Source: Escherichia coli (lineage in GTDB: Bacteria; Pseudomonadota; Gammaproteobacteria; Enterobacterales; Enterobacteriaceae). From it: DNA of 64,000 bases. Shown in pieces: positions 53,333-64,000 of the stretch; position 1 is the first letter of the stretch, and the number at the start of each line of letters is the position of its first letter. Location of the stretch: the NCBI RefSeq assembly GCF_044647545.1, contig NZ_CP172818.1, one strand, 5' to 3'. The position numbers were made by a program, and so were the translations under genes. The notes under the pieces are model-generated. The model saw only the letters and a program-made list of their open reading frames with translations, was not told the origin of the DNA and made no database searches.

Positions 53333-53362
53333 TGAAACCCACTTCGCGGTGGGTTTTTTGTT
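53333..53362 (+). terminator. intrinsic terminator-like hairpin upstream of tmpR
   Basis: gaaacccac-ttcgc-ggtgggttt followed by tttttgttg. Confidence 0.45.
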
Positions 53363-53379
53363 GTCAGGAGTTTTAATAA

Positions 53380-54408
53380 ATGGCAGAGCAAACCTCGCGT
53401 CTCGCAATAATTATTGATAGCACTGGAGCGAAAAATAATGCTGACAATCTGACCTCCTCATTAGTCAAAATGACGCAGGCTGGGGAAACTGCTGCAAATA
53501 GCGCAGGGAAAGTGACTAAGGCAACAGAAGATGAGAAGAACGCGCTCGCAAAATTAAAAGCAGCTATTGATCCAGTTGGTGCCGCAATTGATACTGTCGG
53601 TCGACGCTATTCTGAATTAAAGAAATTTTTCGATAAAGGGCTTATTGATAAAGAAGAATATGAATTTCTTGTCCGTAAACTTAATGAAACCACAGAGGAA
53701 TTGAGCGGGGTTGCGCAAGCGCAGAGAGAAGCCGAGAAGGCCGGAAAACTTGCTGCCGCTCAGCAGGAAGCGCAGGCTCAGGCCTTTCAAAGAATGCTGG
53801 ACAAGATCGACCCTCTGGCTGCGGCGCTAAGAAATCTTGAACAACAGCATGATGAACTTAATGCTGCGTTTGCATCCGGGAAAATAAATGGTTCTCAGTT
53901 TGAGAATTATAGCCGAAAAATACAGGAAACACGGCGAGAGCTTACCGGAGAGGCTCAGGCAGAGCGAGAAGCAGCAAAAGCGCATGATGAACAGGTTGTT
54001 GCTTTGCAACGTCTGATTGCTCAACTTGATCCTGTCGGAACTGCTTTTAATCGTCTGGTAGAACAACAGAAACAGCTCAATGAAGCAAAAGCTAAGGGGA
54101 TGCTTTCTCCTGAAATGTATGAGGAGCTTTCTGGAAAACTTCGTGCTATGCGGAGTGAGCTTGAGGTTACTCAATCACAATTAAGCAAAACCGGAATGTC
54201 GGCAAAACAAACGGCTTTTGCTATGCGCATGTTGCCTGCACAAATGACGGATATTGTTGTTGGGTTGTCCACTGGTCAGTCGCCATTTATGGTGTTAATG
54301 CAGCAGGGCGGCCATTCAGCTATGCAGGAGACAAGAATCGCCAGCTTACCCGTTACAGCGATACCCGCTGGCATGAAGATTCAGTGCGTAACCGCTGGTT
54401 CAGCATGA
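53380..54408 (+). CDS. tmpR: tail tape-measure protein fragment (N-terminal coiled-coil part)
   Basis: 342 aa ORF, highly alpha-helical A/E/K/Q-rich sequence; C-terminal ~35 codons overlap lom-frame sequence, indicating a deletion junction. Confidence 0.7.
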   Translation: MAEQTSRLAIIIDSTGAKNNADNLTSSLVKMTQAGETAANSAGKVTKATEDEKNALAKLKAAIDPVGAAIDTVGRRYSELKKFFDKGLIDKEEYEFLVRKLNETTEELSGVAQAQREAEKAGKLAAAQQEAQAQAFQRMLDKIDPLAAALRNLEQQHDELNAAFASGKINGSQFENYSRKIQETRRELTGEAQAEREAAKAHDEQVVALQRLIAQLDPVGTAFNRLVEQQKQLNEAKAKGMLSPEMYEELSGKLRAMRSELEVTQSQLSKTGMSAKQTAFAMRMLPAQMTDIVVGLSTGQSPFMVLMQQGGHSAMQETRIASLPVTAIPAGMKIQCVTAGSA

Positions 54409-54524
54409 TGGCGGGGCCATCTGTACGCGTGAATGAATGGTTCAGTGCTTATGCGATGGCGGGTGTGGCTTACAGCCGTGTTTCGACGTTCTCCGGGGAT
54501 TATCTCCGCGTAACTGACAACAAG

Positions 54525-55720
<1,196 letters not shown>

Positions 55721-55935
55721 CAAGGGGAAAACGCACGATGTGCTGACCGGAAGTGATGACGATCGCCACAGCAACACGTCTCTGGCGTGGGGAGCTGGCG
55801 TGCAGTTTAACCCGACCGAATCCGTGGCCATTGACATTGCTTATGAAGGCTCCGGCAGTGGCGACTGGCGCACTGACGGTTTCATCGTGGGTGTCGGTTA
55901 TAAATTCTGATTAGCCAGGTAACACAGTGTTATGA

Positions 55936-55963
55936 CAGCCCGCCGGTTCAGGCGGGCTTTTTT
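55936..55963 (+). terminator. intrinsic terminator downstream of lomR
   Basis: agcccgcc-ggttca-ggcgggct followed by tttttt. Confidence 0.45.
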
Positions 55964-55968
55964 GTGGA

Positions 55969-58900
55969 GTGGATATGGCAGCAGTAAAAATCTCAGGTGT
56001 GCTGAAAGATGGTGCGGGAAAACCAATACAGAACTGCACTATTCAACTGAGGGCAAAGCGTAACAGCACCACGGTACTGGTGAACACGGTGGCCTCTGAA
56101 AATCCGGATGAAGCCGGGCGTTACAGCATGGATGTTGAGTATGGCCAGTACAGCGTCACCCTGCTGGTTGAAGGTTTTCCGCCTTCACATGCCGGAACCA
56201 TTACCGTCTATGAAGGTTCCAGACCAGGTACGCTGAATGATTTTCTCGGTGCCATGACGGAAGATGATGTCATGCCGGAGGCATTGCGTCGTTTTGAGGC
56301 AATGGTGGAAGAAGCGGCACGCAACGCGTCCGCGGTGGCACAGAACACGGCAGCCGCGAAGAAGTCAGCCAGTGATGCCAGCACATCAGCCCGTGAGGCG
56401 GCAACCCATGCGGCTGATGCTGCGGACTCAGCACGCGCAGCCAGCACGTCAGCCGGACAGGCCGCGTCGTCGGCTCAGTCAGCGTCTTCCAGCGCAGGAA
56501 CGGCATCAACAAAGGCCACTGAAGCATCAAAAAGTGCTGCCGCTGCAGAGTCCTCAAAAAGCGCGGCGGCCACCAGTGCCGGTGCGGCGAAAACGTCAGA
56601 AACGAATGCTTCAGCGTCACTACAATCAGCAGCCACATCTGCATCCACCGCGACCACGAAGGCATCAGAAGCTGCGACCTCGGCCCGGGATGCGGCGGCC
56701 TCAAAAGAAGCGGCAAAATCATCAGAAACGAACGCATCATCAAGCGCCAGTAGTGCAGCTTCCTCGGCAACGGCGGCAGGAAATTCCGCGAAGGCGGCAA
56801 AAACGTCCGAGACGAACGCCAGGTCTTCTGAAACGGCAGCGGGACAGAGCGCCTCGGCTGCGGCAGGCTCAAAAACAGCGGCTGCGTCGTCTGCCAGTGC
56901 AGCGTCAACAAGTGCCGGGCAGGCCTCAGCCAGTGCCACCGCCGCCGGAAAATCGGCAGAAAGCGCCGCATCGTCTGCTTCAACAGCCACAACGAAGGCT
57001 GGCGAAGCCACTGAACAGGCCAGCGCAGCAGCGAGGTCTGCTTCCGCAGCGAAGACATCCGAAACGAACGCGAAAGCGTCGGAAACAAGCGCAGAATCCT
57101 CAAAAACGGCTGCCGCATCGTCAGCCAGTTCGGCGGCGTCATCGGCATCATCGGCGTCTGCTTCAAAAGATGAGGCGACCAGACAAGCGTCAGCAGCGAA
57201 GAGCAGCGCCACGACGGCATCCACGAAGGCGACAGAGGCTGCTGGCAGTGCGACGGCGGCAGCTCAGAGCAAAAGTACGGCGGAATCCGCGGCAACGCGC
57301 GCCGAGACAGCAGCTAAACGGGCAGAGGATATTGCATCCGCCGTGGCGCTTGAGGATGCAAGTACGACGAAAAAGGGGATAGTACAGCTCAGCAGTGCGA
57401 CCAACAGTACGTCTGAAACGCTGGCGGCAACGCCAAAGGCAGTAAAATCAGCCTATGACAATGCAGAGAAACGTCTGCAGAAAGACCAGAACGGCGCTGA
57501 TATACCCGATAAGGGATGCTTCCTGAACAACATTAACGCGGTCAGTAAAACAGACTTTGCTGATAAGCGTGGTATGCGTTATGTGCGGGTTAACGCTCCT
57601 GCAGGTGCAACATCTGGAAAATATTACCCTGTTGTTGTTATGCGTTCTGCTGGCTCAGTAAGCGAACTGGCATCAAGAGTCATTATCACCACGGCAACGC
57701 GAACCGCAGGCGATCCGATGAATAACTGCGAGTTTAACGGATTTGTTATGCCTGGTGGCTGGACTGACAGGGGGCGTTATGCTTATGGCATGTTCTGGCA
57801 ATATCAAAACAATGAACGAGCCATTCACTCAATAATGATGAGTAATAAGGGCGATGATTTGCGCTCTGTGTTCTATGTTGATGGCGCTGCTTTCCCTGTT
57901 TTTGCGTTTATTGAAGATGGCCTGTCAATATCCGCACCTGGTGCTGATCTCGTTGTTAATGATACGACCTATAAGTTTGGGGCAACAAATCCGGCGACTG
58001 AATGTATCGCGGCGGACGTTATCCTTGATTTTAAGAGTGGGCGTGGTTTTTATGAGTCTCATTCGTTAATCGTTAACGATAACTTGTCGTGCAAAAAACT
58101 TTTTGCCACAGACGAAATTGTAGCGCGTGGTGGTAATCAGATTCGAATGATAGGTGGGGAGTATGGTGCATTATGGCGTAATGATGGCGCTAAAACTTAC
58201 CTGCTGCTTACCAATCAAGGTGATGTTTATGGTGGCTGGAATACATTAAGACCGTTTGCTATTGATAACGCAACCGGCGAACTGGTTATTGGAACCAAAC
58301 TGTCCGCAAGTCTGAACGGTAATGCATTAACAGCAACAAAGCTGCAAACGCCAAGACGGGTTTCTGGTGTTGAGTTTGATGGTTCCAAAGATATTACTTT
58401 AACCGCCGCGCATGTGGCTGCTTTTGCCAGAAGGGCAACGGATACATATGCCGATGCGGATGGTGGCGTTCCATGGAATGCCGAATCTGGCGCTTACAAT
58501 GTCACCCGCTCTGGCGACAGCTATATTCTGGTTAACTTCTATACCGGAGTCGGAAGTTGCCGGACCCTGCAGATGAAGGCGCATTACAGAAATGGTGGTC
58601 TGTTCTACCGTTCTTCAAGAGACGGTTATGGTTTTGAGGAAGACTGGGCAGAAGTTTATACCTCGAAAAATCTTCCACCAGAAAGCTACCCAGTCGGCGC
58701 ACCAATCCCGTGGCCATCAGATACGCCACCTGCAGGTTATGCAATCATGCAGGGGCAGACGTTTGATAAGGCAGCATATCCGAAACTGGCTATTGCCTAT
58801 CCTTCTGGTGTTATTCCAGATATGCGCGGCTGGACAATCAAGGGCAAACCCGCCAGTGGTCGGGCCGTATTGTCTCAGGAACAGGATGGCATTAAATCGC

Positions 58901-59340
58901 ACACCCACAGTGCCAGCGCATCCAGTACGGATTTGGGTACGAAAACCACATCGTCGTTTGATTACGGTACTAAATCAACGAATAACACAGGTGCACATAC
59001 CCACAATGTATCTGGTACTGCAAATAGTGCTGGCGCACATACTCATACCGTTCCATTAAGGAGACCAAACAGTGGCGGTATGAATTTCGACTGGCTGGAT
59101 GGTTCATCAAGTGGCACGGTGGTGGGGAATGGAACTGTGCCTTCTTCTGGCGCACATACCCACTCAGTATCAGGTACCGCTACAAGTGCTGGGGCACATG
59201 CACACACTGTTGGTATTGGCGCTCATACGCACTCTGTTAAGATTGGTTCACATGGACACACCATCACCGTTAACGCTGCTGGTAACGCGGAAAACACCGT
59301 TAAAAACATCGCATTTAATTATATTGTGAGGCTTGCATAA
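55969..59340 (+). CDS. stfR: side tail fibre protein
   Basis: 1123 aa ORF (GTG at 55969; ATG at 55975); long Ala/Ser/Thr-rich low-complexity central region and C-terminal His-rich repeats (GAHTHxVSGTA). Confidence 0.85.
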   Translation: MDMAAVKISGVLKDGAGKPIQNCTIQLRAKRNSTTVLVNTVASENPDEAGRYSMDVEYGQYSVTLLVEGFPPSHAGTITVYEGSRPGTLNDFLGAMTEDDVMPEALRRFEAMVEEAARNASAVAQNTAAAKKSASDASTSAREAATHAADAADSARAASTSAGQAASSAQSASSSAGTASTKATEASKSAAAAESSKSAAATSAGAAKTSETNASASLQSAATSASTATTKASEAATSARDAAASKEAAKSSETNASSSASSAASSATAAGNSAKAAKTSETNARSSETAAGQSASAAAGSKTAAASSASAASTSAGQASASATAAGKSAESAASSASTATTKAGEATEQASAAARSASAAKTSETNAKASETSAESSKTAAASSASSAASSASSASASKDEATRQASAAKSSATTASTKATEAAGSATAAAQSKSTAESAATRAETAAKRAEDIASAVALEDASTTKKGIVQLSSATNSTSETLAATPKAVKSAYDNAEKRLQKDQNGADIPDKGCFLNNINAVSKTDFADKRGMRYVRVNAPAGATSGKYYPVVVMRSAGSVSELASRVIITTATRTAGDPMNNCEFNGFVMPGGWTDRGRYAYGMFWQYQNNERAIHSIMMSNKGDDLRSVFYVDGAAFPVFAFIEDGLSISAPGADLVVNDTTYKFGATNPATECIAADVILDFKSGRGFYESHSLIVNDNLSCKKLFATDEIVARGGNQIRMIGGEYGALWRNDGAKTYLLLTNQGDVYGGWNTLRPFAIDNATGELVIGTKLSASLNGNALTATKLQTPRRVSGVEFDGSKDITLTAAHVAAFARRATDTYADADGGVPWNAESGAYNVTRSGDSYILVNFYTGVGSCRTLQMKAHYRNGGLFYRSSRDGYGFEEDWAEVYTSKNLPPESYPVGAPIPWPSDTPPAGYAIMQGQTFDKAAYPKLAIAYPSGVIPDMRGWTIKGKPASGRAVLSQEQDGIKSHTHSASASSTDLGTKTTSSFDYGTKSTNNTGAHTHNVSGTANSAGAHTHTVPLRRPNSGGMNFDWLDGSSSGTVVGNGTVPSSGAHTHSVSGTATSAGAHAHTVGIGAHTHSVKIGSHGHTITVNAAGNAENTVKNIAFNYIVRLA

Positions 59341-59915
59341 TGGCATTCAGAATGAGTGAACAATCACGTACCGTAAAAATTTATAACCTGCTGGCCGGAA
59401 CTAATGAGTTTATTGGTGAAGGTGACGCATATATTCCACCTCATACAGGGCTGCCAGCTAATTCTACAGATATCGCCCCACCGGAAATTCCTGCTGGCTT
59501 TGTGGCAGTTTTTAACAGTGAAAATGAATCGTGGAATATTGTTGAAGACCATCGTGGTAAAACGGTCTATGACGTGGCGTCGGGGGACGCATTGTTTATT
59601 TCTGAACTCGGACCGCTACCAGAGAATGTCACCTGGTTGTCGCCAGCAGGGGAGTATCAGAAGTGGGACGGCGTATCCTGGGTGAATGATGAGGAAGCAG
59701 AAAAACTGTTTCGGATACGGGAAGCGGAAGAAAGAAAAAGCAACCTGATGCAGGTAGCCAGTGAGCATATTGCGCCGCTTCAGGATGCTGCAGATCTGGA
59801 AATTGCAACGGAGGAAGAAACCCCGTTGCTGGAAGCATGGAAAAAGTATCGGGTATTGCTGAACCGTGTTGATACGTCAACTGCACAGGATATTGAATGG
59901 CCAGCACTGCCGTAG
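59340..59915 (+). CDS. tfaR: tail fibre assembly protein
   Basis: 191 aa ORF whose ATG overlaps the stfR stop (TAATG); Tfa family. Confidence 0.85.
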   Translation: MAFRMSEQSRTVKIYNLLAGTNEFIGEGDAYIPPHTGLPANSTDIAPPEIPAGFVAVFNSENESWNIVEDHRGKTVYDVASGDALFISELGPLPENVTWLSPAGEYQKWDGVSWVNDEEAEKLFRIREAEERKSNLMQVASEHIAPLQDAADLEIATEEETPLLEAWKKYRVLLNRVDTSTAQDIEWPALP

Positions 59916-60012
59916 GGTAAAACATATAAATTCTATAATTAGATGTATCTTTCCATTTACGGCAAGGAAGGGGGCTTGGAAGACGTAAAGCATCTCACAC
60001 CGAGATTATTTT

Positions 60013-60603
60013 TTATATGTCAGGTGTCTGAAGTTTTGCTTTGGCTCTTAAAATGGTTTGCCGCGAGGTTTTGAATTCCCGGGCAATGGCACTTATACTT
60101 ACACCTGACTTAATTCGTTCGAATACCACCTGTTTCTGTTCTTCATTTAACACAGGTGGTCGACCAAAACGTTTCCCTGCGCCGCGGGCTCTTACTATCC
60201 CGGAATGAGTGCGTTCAAGTAAAAGGTCTCGTTCAAATTCAGCGACTGCTGAAATTACTTGCATCATCATTTTTCCTGTTGGACTGGTCAGGTCAATGCC
60301 ACCCAATGCTAAGCAATGCACTCTGATACCTGTTTCGGTCAGTTGTTCCACTGTTTTCCTGATATCCATTGCATTACAACCAAGGCGATCCAGTTTTGTC
60401 ACAATCAATTGATCACCACATTTCAGGCGAGCAAGCAACCGGTTAAAACCAGGACGCTCACTGGTTGCTGCTGAGCCGCTAATGTGTTCTTCGATTATTT
60501 GCTGAGGTTTGATTTTAAAACCTGCACTTTCGATTTCCCGGCGTTGATTTTCGGTGGTCTGATCCAGCGTTGATATCCGACAGTAAGCAAAAATTCGAGA
60601 CAT
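60013..60603 (-). CDS. pinR: serine-recombinase DNA invertase (Pin/Hin/Gin family)
   Basis: 196 aa ORF with N-terminal resolvase catalytic region ([15 protein letters not shown]) and C-terminal HTH. Confidence 0.85.
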
Positions 60604-60919
60604 AGTGAGACTCTATACGAAATTGGTGTTCATATCATAATGCATCTCAGAAAATAATTATGATTATTTTTGTGCATATTTGTATGTACACGTTCGAAAA
60701 TAAACGAATGCGTATGCAACCCCGTAATTTTGGTGAGACCCAAAATCGATTTTGTGAAAAAAGGCTTTAACTCGGTTTGTTTTTCGAGTTCCGGGCGGAC
60801 TCAAGGAAGAAGAATAGTGTTGCGTGTTATTTTAACCAGATTTCAAGTTGTTTGGTCGTGGAAAAGTGGAGCAAAATGTTGTTAAAGTGGAAAAATGATA
60901 AAAAAGTAAGTTTATTATA

Positions 60920-61153
60920 TTACATTTTACCATTTAAATTTTGGTTGTCTTTAAGAACTGATATCGCTGTTTGTAATAATTCTTTGTTATCCAGCCATGA
61001 TTTTTTCTTTATGTTTCCTTCAATGTAATCAAGCAATGTTCTGGTATTGATAGGTCTTCCCTGTTTTGCTACTTCCACTACAGCATCCCCTAGGATAATT
61101 CTTACTTCAGGAAGCTGCGCAGGGAACCACTTTAGGGTGTCTTTTGATTTCAT
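60920..61153 (-). CDS. ynaE: prophage protein YnaE (YdfK-like)
   Basis: ORF 60920-61258; likely 77-aa product MKSKDTLKWFPAQLPEVRIILGDAVVEVAKQGRPINTRTLL... Confidence 0.65.
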   Translation of the reverse strand: MKSKDTLKWFPAQLPEVRIILGDAVVEVAKQGRPINTRTLLDYIEGNIKKKSWLDNKELLQTAISVLKDNQNLNGKM

Positions 61154-61882
61154 GAAGATATTCCTTAAAATATTATTGATTTTCATTGCGATATTGTATG
61201 TCTGATTCAGGATATGTTGACTTATACATCGGTTTTGTCTGGTTATTGGATATGCCAATCCCTAATTTTATTAGAGCATGACTAAAAATGCTGAATATGA
61301 TAAGGAGCGAAGTGATTATCAGTATGCTGTTCATATAGCCTCGAATTAGTAATGTGTTATATATGATATAGTTGACAATTTTTATCCTGGGTGTTCTTAA
61401 AGTTCGTAGATAAACATTGTCGTTTCAGGTATACAGGAATGCTAACAGGTGGCGGCAAAAATCAGGCGGTTTATGGCGCAAGCTGAAGTGGCAACTGCAA
61501 ACTATCTTATGCAGAGACTCTACACGGATTGGGTTTAAAAGTATACATAGATAACAGTTTTTATCTGAAGAAGAAAAATATCAAGGTGATATAGCCTATA
61601 TGCCTTTGATGCGGAGGAATGAATGTGATGGGAGTGATGTATCTGAATAGTTGAAAAACCGCAGTCACGTCGTATGCAAGAACGTGCTGCGGTTGGTTTG
61701 ACTTTGATTGAGACGTTTTGGAATTTTTTTCGGTGGCAAAAATGGGGCAAAACGCTGCAAAAGGGGCAAAAAAGGGGCAAAAAAAGAGTGGATTATCGTA
61801 GCTTATTGTTGTCGCTGATGATATTTAACACATTGAAAAATAAGTAAAATACTTATGAGTCAGAGAGTTGTGATTTTTGCCC

Positions 61883-61936
61883 TTACTTGTTCAGGTTGTA
61901 TTGTTCTTTCTTACTAATTTCTTGATTTTGCGACAT
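61883..61936 (-). pseudogene. ttcC: displaced N-terminal fragment of ttcA (17 codons)
   Basis: Minus-strand ATG at 61934-61936 encodes [17 protein letters not shown] then stop; parallels ttcA N-terminus [17 protein letters not shown]. Confidence 0.5.
61887..61929. repeat. prophage attachment-site direct repeat (attR copy)
   Basis: Identical 43-bp copy of 38788-38830. Confidence 0.75.
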
Positions 61937-62111
61937 TTAAAAGCGACTCAATTCGTTATATGGCATCAGAAGAGTATGCGTCATGCCGGAACGCCCAGCA
62001 TAAGAAATCTGATATAAAAACTGTGGCGTGTATGGTACGGATTAGAGGGGAAAATGTCAGCACATTTGCGAAATGAATCAAAAAGCCCGCAGCAATGTGC
62101 GGGCGTTAGTG

Positions 62112-62627
<516 letters not shown>

Positions 62628-62686
62628 TTAGATCAAAGGAGGAAGAATAAGCAGAAAAAGCCCGCCATAACAGCGGGCAGGAGGAT

Positions 62687-63820
62687 TTAGAACTGATAAA
62701 CCAGACCTAAAGCGACAATATCATCGGTAGAGATGCCGTTGGCAGCGTAGAAGCTGTCATCTTCATCCAACAGGTTGATTTTATAGTCAACGTAGGTGGA
62801 CATATTTTTGTTGAAATAGTAAGTCGCGCCAACATCGGCGTATTTAACCAGATCTTTATCATCAACACCTGCCGGGTTGTCTGCACCACCGGCAGCGTGA
62901 AGGTCACGGCCTTTAGACATCAGGAAAGAGACTGCCGGACGCAGACCAAAATCAAACTGGTACTGTGCAGTAACTTCAAAGTTCTGGGTTTTGTTCGCAA
63001 CTGCATAATCGCTGTCGCCAAACGGGGTCATGTTACGCGTTTCTGAATACATGGTTGCCAGGTAAATATTGTTAGCATCGTATTTTAGCCCAGCAGTCCA
63101 CGCGTCTGCTTTATCACCACCTGCCGCAGTATGGTTAACCTGGTCATTGGTGCGGTCAGATGAGGTGTATGCCGCACCAGCGCTAAAGCCCATGCCTAAA
63201 TCATATGTTGTGGAAAGACCCCAGCCGTCACCGTTTTCATGGCGAACATCACGTCCGTTGTTGGTGCCTTCCTGACCATTACTGGCACCTTCGTTGTTAC
63301 CTTGATACTGCACCGCGAAGTTCAGACCATTTACCAGACCGAAGAAATCAGTATTACGATAAGTCGCGACGCCGTTGGCACGACCAGTCATAAAGTTGTC
63401 TGCATTGGTATAAGAGTCACCGCCAAATTCAGGCAGCATATCGGTCCAGCCTTCGATGTCGTACATTACGCCATAATTACGTCCGTAATCGAAAGAACCG
63501 TAATCTGCAAATTTCAGTCCGGCAAATGCCAGACGGGTCCATGACTGGTTTGTTGAAGATTCAGTGTTGTTTGCCTGAATATTGTATTCCCATTGACCGT
63601 AGCCAGTGAGTTGATCGTTAATTTGGGTTTCGCCTTTAAAACCCAGACGCGCATAGCTCTGGTCGCCATCTTTCGCTGAATTATCAGAAAAATAATGCAG
63701 GCCATCAACTTTGCCATACAGATCCAATTTGTTGCCGTCTTTATTATAAACTTCGGCTGCATGTGCAGCACCTGCGGCGAGCAGGGCAGGAATTAAAAGT
63801 GCCAGTACTTTGCTTTTCAT
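62687..63820 (-). CDS. ompN: outer membrane porin OmpN (OmpC/OmpF family)
   Basis: 377 aa ORF with signal peptide ([21 protein letters not shown]) and C-terminal ...LGLVYQF. Confidence 0.85.
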   Translation of the reverse strand: MKSKVLALLIPALLAAGAAHAAEVYNKDGNKLDLYGKVDGLHYFSDNSAKDGDQSYARLGFKGETQINDQLTGYGQWEYNIQANNTESSTNQSWTRLAFAGLKFADYGSFDYGRNYGVMYDIEGWTDMLPEFGGDSYTNADNFMTGRANGVATYRNTDFFGLVNGLNFAVQYQGNNEGASNGQEGTNNGRDVRHENGDGWGLSTTYDLGMGFSAGAAYTSSDRTNDQVNHTAAGGDKADAWTAGLKYDANNIYLATMYSETRNMTPFGDSDYAVANKTQNFEVTAQYQFDFGLRPAVSFLMSKGRDLHAAGGADNPAGVDDKDLVKYADVGATYYFNKNMSTYVDYKINLLDEDDSFYAANGISTDDIVALGLVYQF

Positions 63821-64000
63821 TGAATAAATCCTTTAGTTATTTTATTTGCCTTTTATCCCCATTTCGGGGAGTGAAAACATCCTAAAGGAGAAGTTCAGTT
63901 AGCCGATAAATATCATTTGTTACGCCTTAAGTAAAACCTTAATCAAATAATTCTACGGAAATGATAATAAGTTTGGTGAATATATTGTTGGCGACATATA

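Noticed and set aside
56264-57382. 372-aa Arg/Pro/Gln-rich ORF, plus 341-aa and 249-aa minus-strand ORFs, inside stfR
   Set aside because: Alternative-frame artefacts of the GC-rich repetitive Ala/Ser-coding tract of the tail fibre gene; extreme composition and no start signals
60670-61028. 71-aa and 83-aa ORFs between pinR and ynaE
   Set aside because: AT-rich region, overlapping frames, Cys/Phe-rich odd translations, no ribosome-binding sites
63821-64000. Looked for the MicC sRNA expected near ompN
   Set aside because: The 180 bp upstream of ompN in this window does not match the recalled MicC sequence; the sRNA probably lies beyond the window end

Overview
Enterobacterial (Escherichia coli-like) chromosome segment: about 38.8 kb of core genes followed by a roughly 23.1 kb degraded lambdoid prophage of the Rac type inserted into ttcA, then uspF and ompN. 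Core part: pspD (3' end), pspE, the ycjMNOPQRSTUV sugar-utilisation cluster with ompG and the LacI-type regulator ycjW, ycjX-ycjF, tyrR, tpx, ycjG, mpaA, mppA, ynaI, ynaJ, uspE, fnr, ogt, abgTBA-abgR, the sRNA McaS, smrA, dgcM, zntB, the sRNA FnrS, dbpA and ttcA. Prophage part (38788-61929, bounded by 43-bp direct repeats): frameshifted integrase, xis, ydaC, ralR, recT, recE, racC, ydaE, kilR, sieB, ydaF, ydaG, racR, ydaS, ydaT, ydaU, ydaV, ydaW, rzpR/rzoR, trkG, ynaK, ydaY, tmpR, lomR interrupted by IS5, stfR, tfaR, pinR, ynaE. Gene names are assigned from recalled protein sequences and synteny; no database search was possible. No rRNA, tRNA or CRISPR array was found. I did not find a clearly novel system; the most interesting sequence-level observations are a mirrored promoter/operator pair flanking racR, GGGGCAAA repeat arrays just inside both prophage ends, a start-less Rz gene with an intact embedded Rz1 lipoprotein gene, and frameshifts in ycjT and intR that are either genuine pseudogenes or homopolymer sequencing errors.
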